This document shows positions 62,438 to 64,000 of a DNA stretch of 64,000 bases, in pieces. Numbering within the stretch: position 1 is the stretch's first letter; every line of letters starts with the position of its first letter. The notes under the pieces were generated by a model that saw only the letters and a list, made by a program, of their open reading frames with translations, did not search any database and was not told where the DNA came from. The position numbers and the translations under genes were made by a program. Source of the DNA: Tricharina praecox (lineage: Eukaryota); contig NW_026250415.1 in the NCBI RefSeq assembly GCF_024521635.1, positions 1 to 64,000 of the forward strand, in the 5' to 3' direction.

Positions 62438-64000
62438 CTTGCGTGCGTGCGTGAGTGAGTGAGTGAGTGGGGCCCGGAGGGATGTAGGTTGGTGGACACG
62501 GACAGGACTGATGTTGAGGACGGTCAGCGGCTGGATGGCGCTATATACCTATTCTGTAGGTATGCACAAACATACACAGCCGCTCATTCCTACATATGTT
62601 ACATGTACGCCGGCGGATGTTGATCAACACCGTATATCCATATATCCACCCGGCTCCGGGGATCGCGCACGCCTGGAAGTGCCACTGCACCTCGCCCCTC
62701 CCGTCCCCACTATGCAGCCCCGCTATGTGCTTCCCGCTGTGGACTCGTTCCAGAAGGGTGGGTGAGGGGATGGGTATAATGCCGGTATGTACCTTACCTC
62801 ACCTTACATGAGTACCTTACCATACCTTTCCATATCATACCATATCATACCTCGCCATAGGGCAACATCCCACCTTGGGCCGGCCAGAGCACCGTAACTA
62901 GGTCCGTAGCTGCTGAGTACGTAGGTGCAAGTGGATGTGTAAGTGCTTAACTCAACCTGACAATACAAGTTGTAAGTTCCCAACGTCTCTCGCTTCGGAA
63001 TTAAGTACATATGCACATGTGCAGGTAATAGGTGTGTGATAGAAAATGTGGGATAGGTACATACAATTTTTACCCCATAAATCCATGGGGGGTAATCACT
63101 TACATACATACGCCCCTCCCCCACTATGATGCGCATTCAAAATTTGGAAGGATCCGTCAGGTTATGTTAAGCACTTACACATCGGCAGGCTAACCGAGTG
63201 TAGAGTACCCCAGCGCACTAGTGGTGCATCCATGCGCGCGTGTGTGTGGGCGTATATGCGGGGGTGTGTGTGGTGGGGCCATAGACGGTTAACTATGGCC
63301 GAGGACCGTGCCGTGGTGGACACTCGACACGGAGTCTGGAGGATGGGAACCGACGGGTGCGGGGGAGGTCTGGGTGAGGAGGTATGACATAGCTACATCG
63401 TGTGGGTTGTGGGTTGCACGGTGGTGGGATCATGGGATTGGGGGAGGGTGTGAATCGTACCTAGAGTACCTATGGTACTACCAGTACTTCCGAAGCCGGA
63501 TTTACATAGGTAGCATTGCGGTGAGCCGGATTAACTACTGGTAGGTACTGGTAGATCCGGCGAGCGCTACTTTCCCCGACTTCGTCAATTACTGGTAGTT
63601 AAGTATTTGGTAATACTTCCGAGTCCCAACATTGTCTCACCGAATTATTCCGTCGCTCGTCGTTCGTCGTGAGCCCGCCAGGCTGACAGACAGGATTCTT
63701 CCAAGCTCCGTACTCCAAAACCGCCAATCAGAGTGTCACTGTCTCACCTACGTCAGCCGAATACCAAAGCCGATCTCGGAAGTACTCGAGCCTTGCACCT
63801 TACACACACAGTTGCACAGTTGCAGTTACACAGCACTCAGCGGCGCCAGCCAGCCTCGTCTCGTCATGAAACCGTACTCGATTCTCGCTCATGTGGCTAA
63901 ATGCTGAAATTTGCGGTGTGACCGAGACCGAGGCTGAGTGCGCGATATAGTAGGGCTTTGCGAAGAAACATACCATATACCGTATTGCGTGACTGGGCGG

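Noticed and set aside
1-64000. CRISPR arrays, rRNA, telomeric repeats, PKS/NRPS backbone genes, Starship captain recombinase
   Set aside because: None seen in this eukaryotic window

Overview
Intron-rich genomic DNA from a filamentous ascomycete, probably a Pezizomycete (inferred from repeat types and CpG-type repeat decay; not verified). I rebuilt ten spliced gene models by hand, and all keep frame. They are a gldB-like NADP-glycerol dehydrogenase head-to-head with a HAD-IIA phosphatase, a JEN1-type carboxylate transporter, a MULE-derived zinc-finger ORF, a multi-pass membrane protein, a 12-exon LaeA-like methyltransferase, a secreted two-domain VOC/glyoxalase protein, a carboxylesterase, a Zn2Cys6 transcription factor and a phenol 2-monooxygenase. 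There are also an intronless NAD(P)-binding oxidoreductase and a 631-aa tail-anchored hypothetical protein. Mobile DNA includes an intron-bearing piggyBac fossil, a gag-only LTR element with a dispersed LTR remnant, two copies of a hAT-type MITE with 8-bp TSDs, a 1.4-kb non-coding TIR element in a palindromic target, and a LINE 3' remnant. The best candidate systems are a two-gene DHAP->DHA->glycerol module, a bacterial-like secreted VOC protein in a possible aromatic-handling cluster, and the gag-only element. All product calls come from motif recognition; no database search was run.
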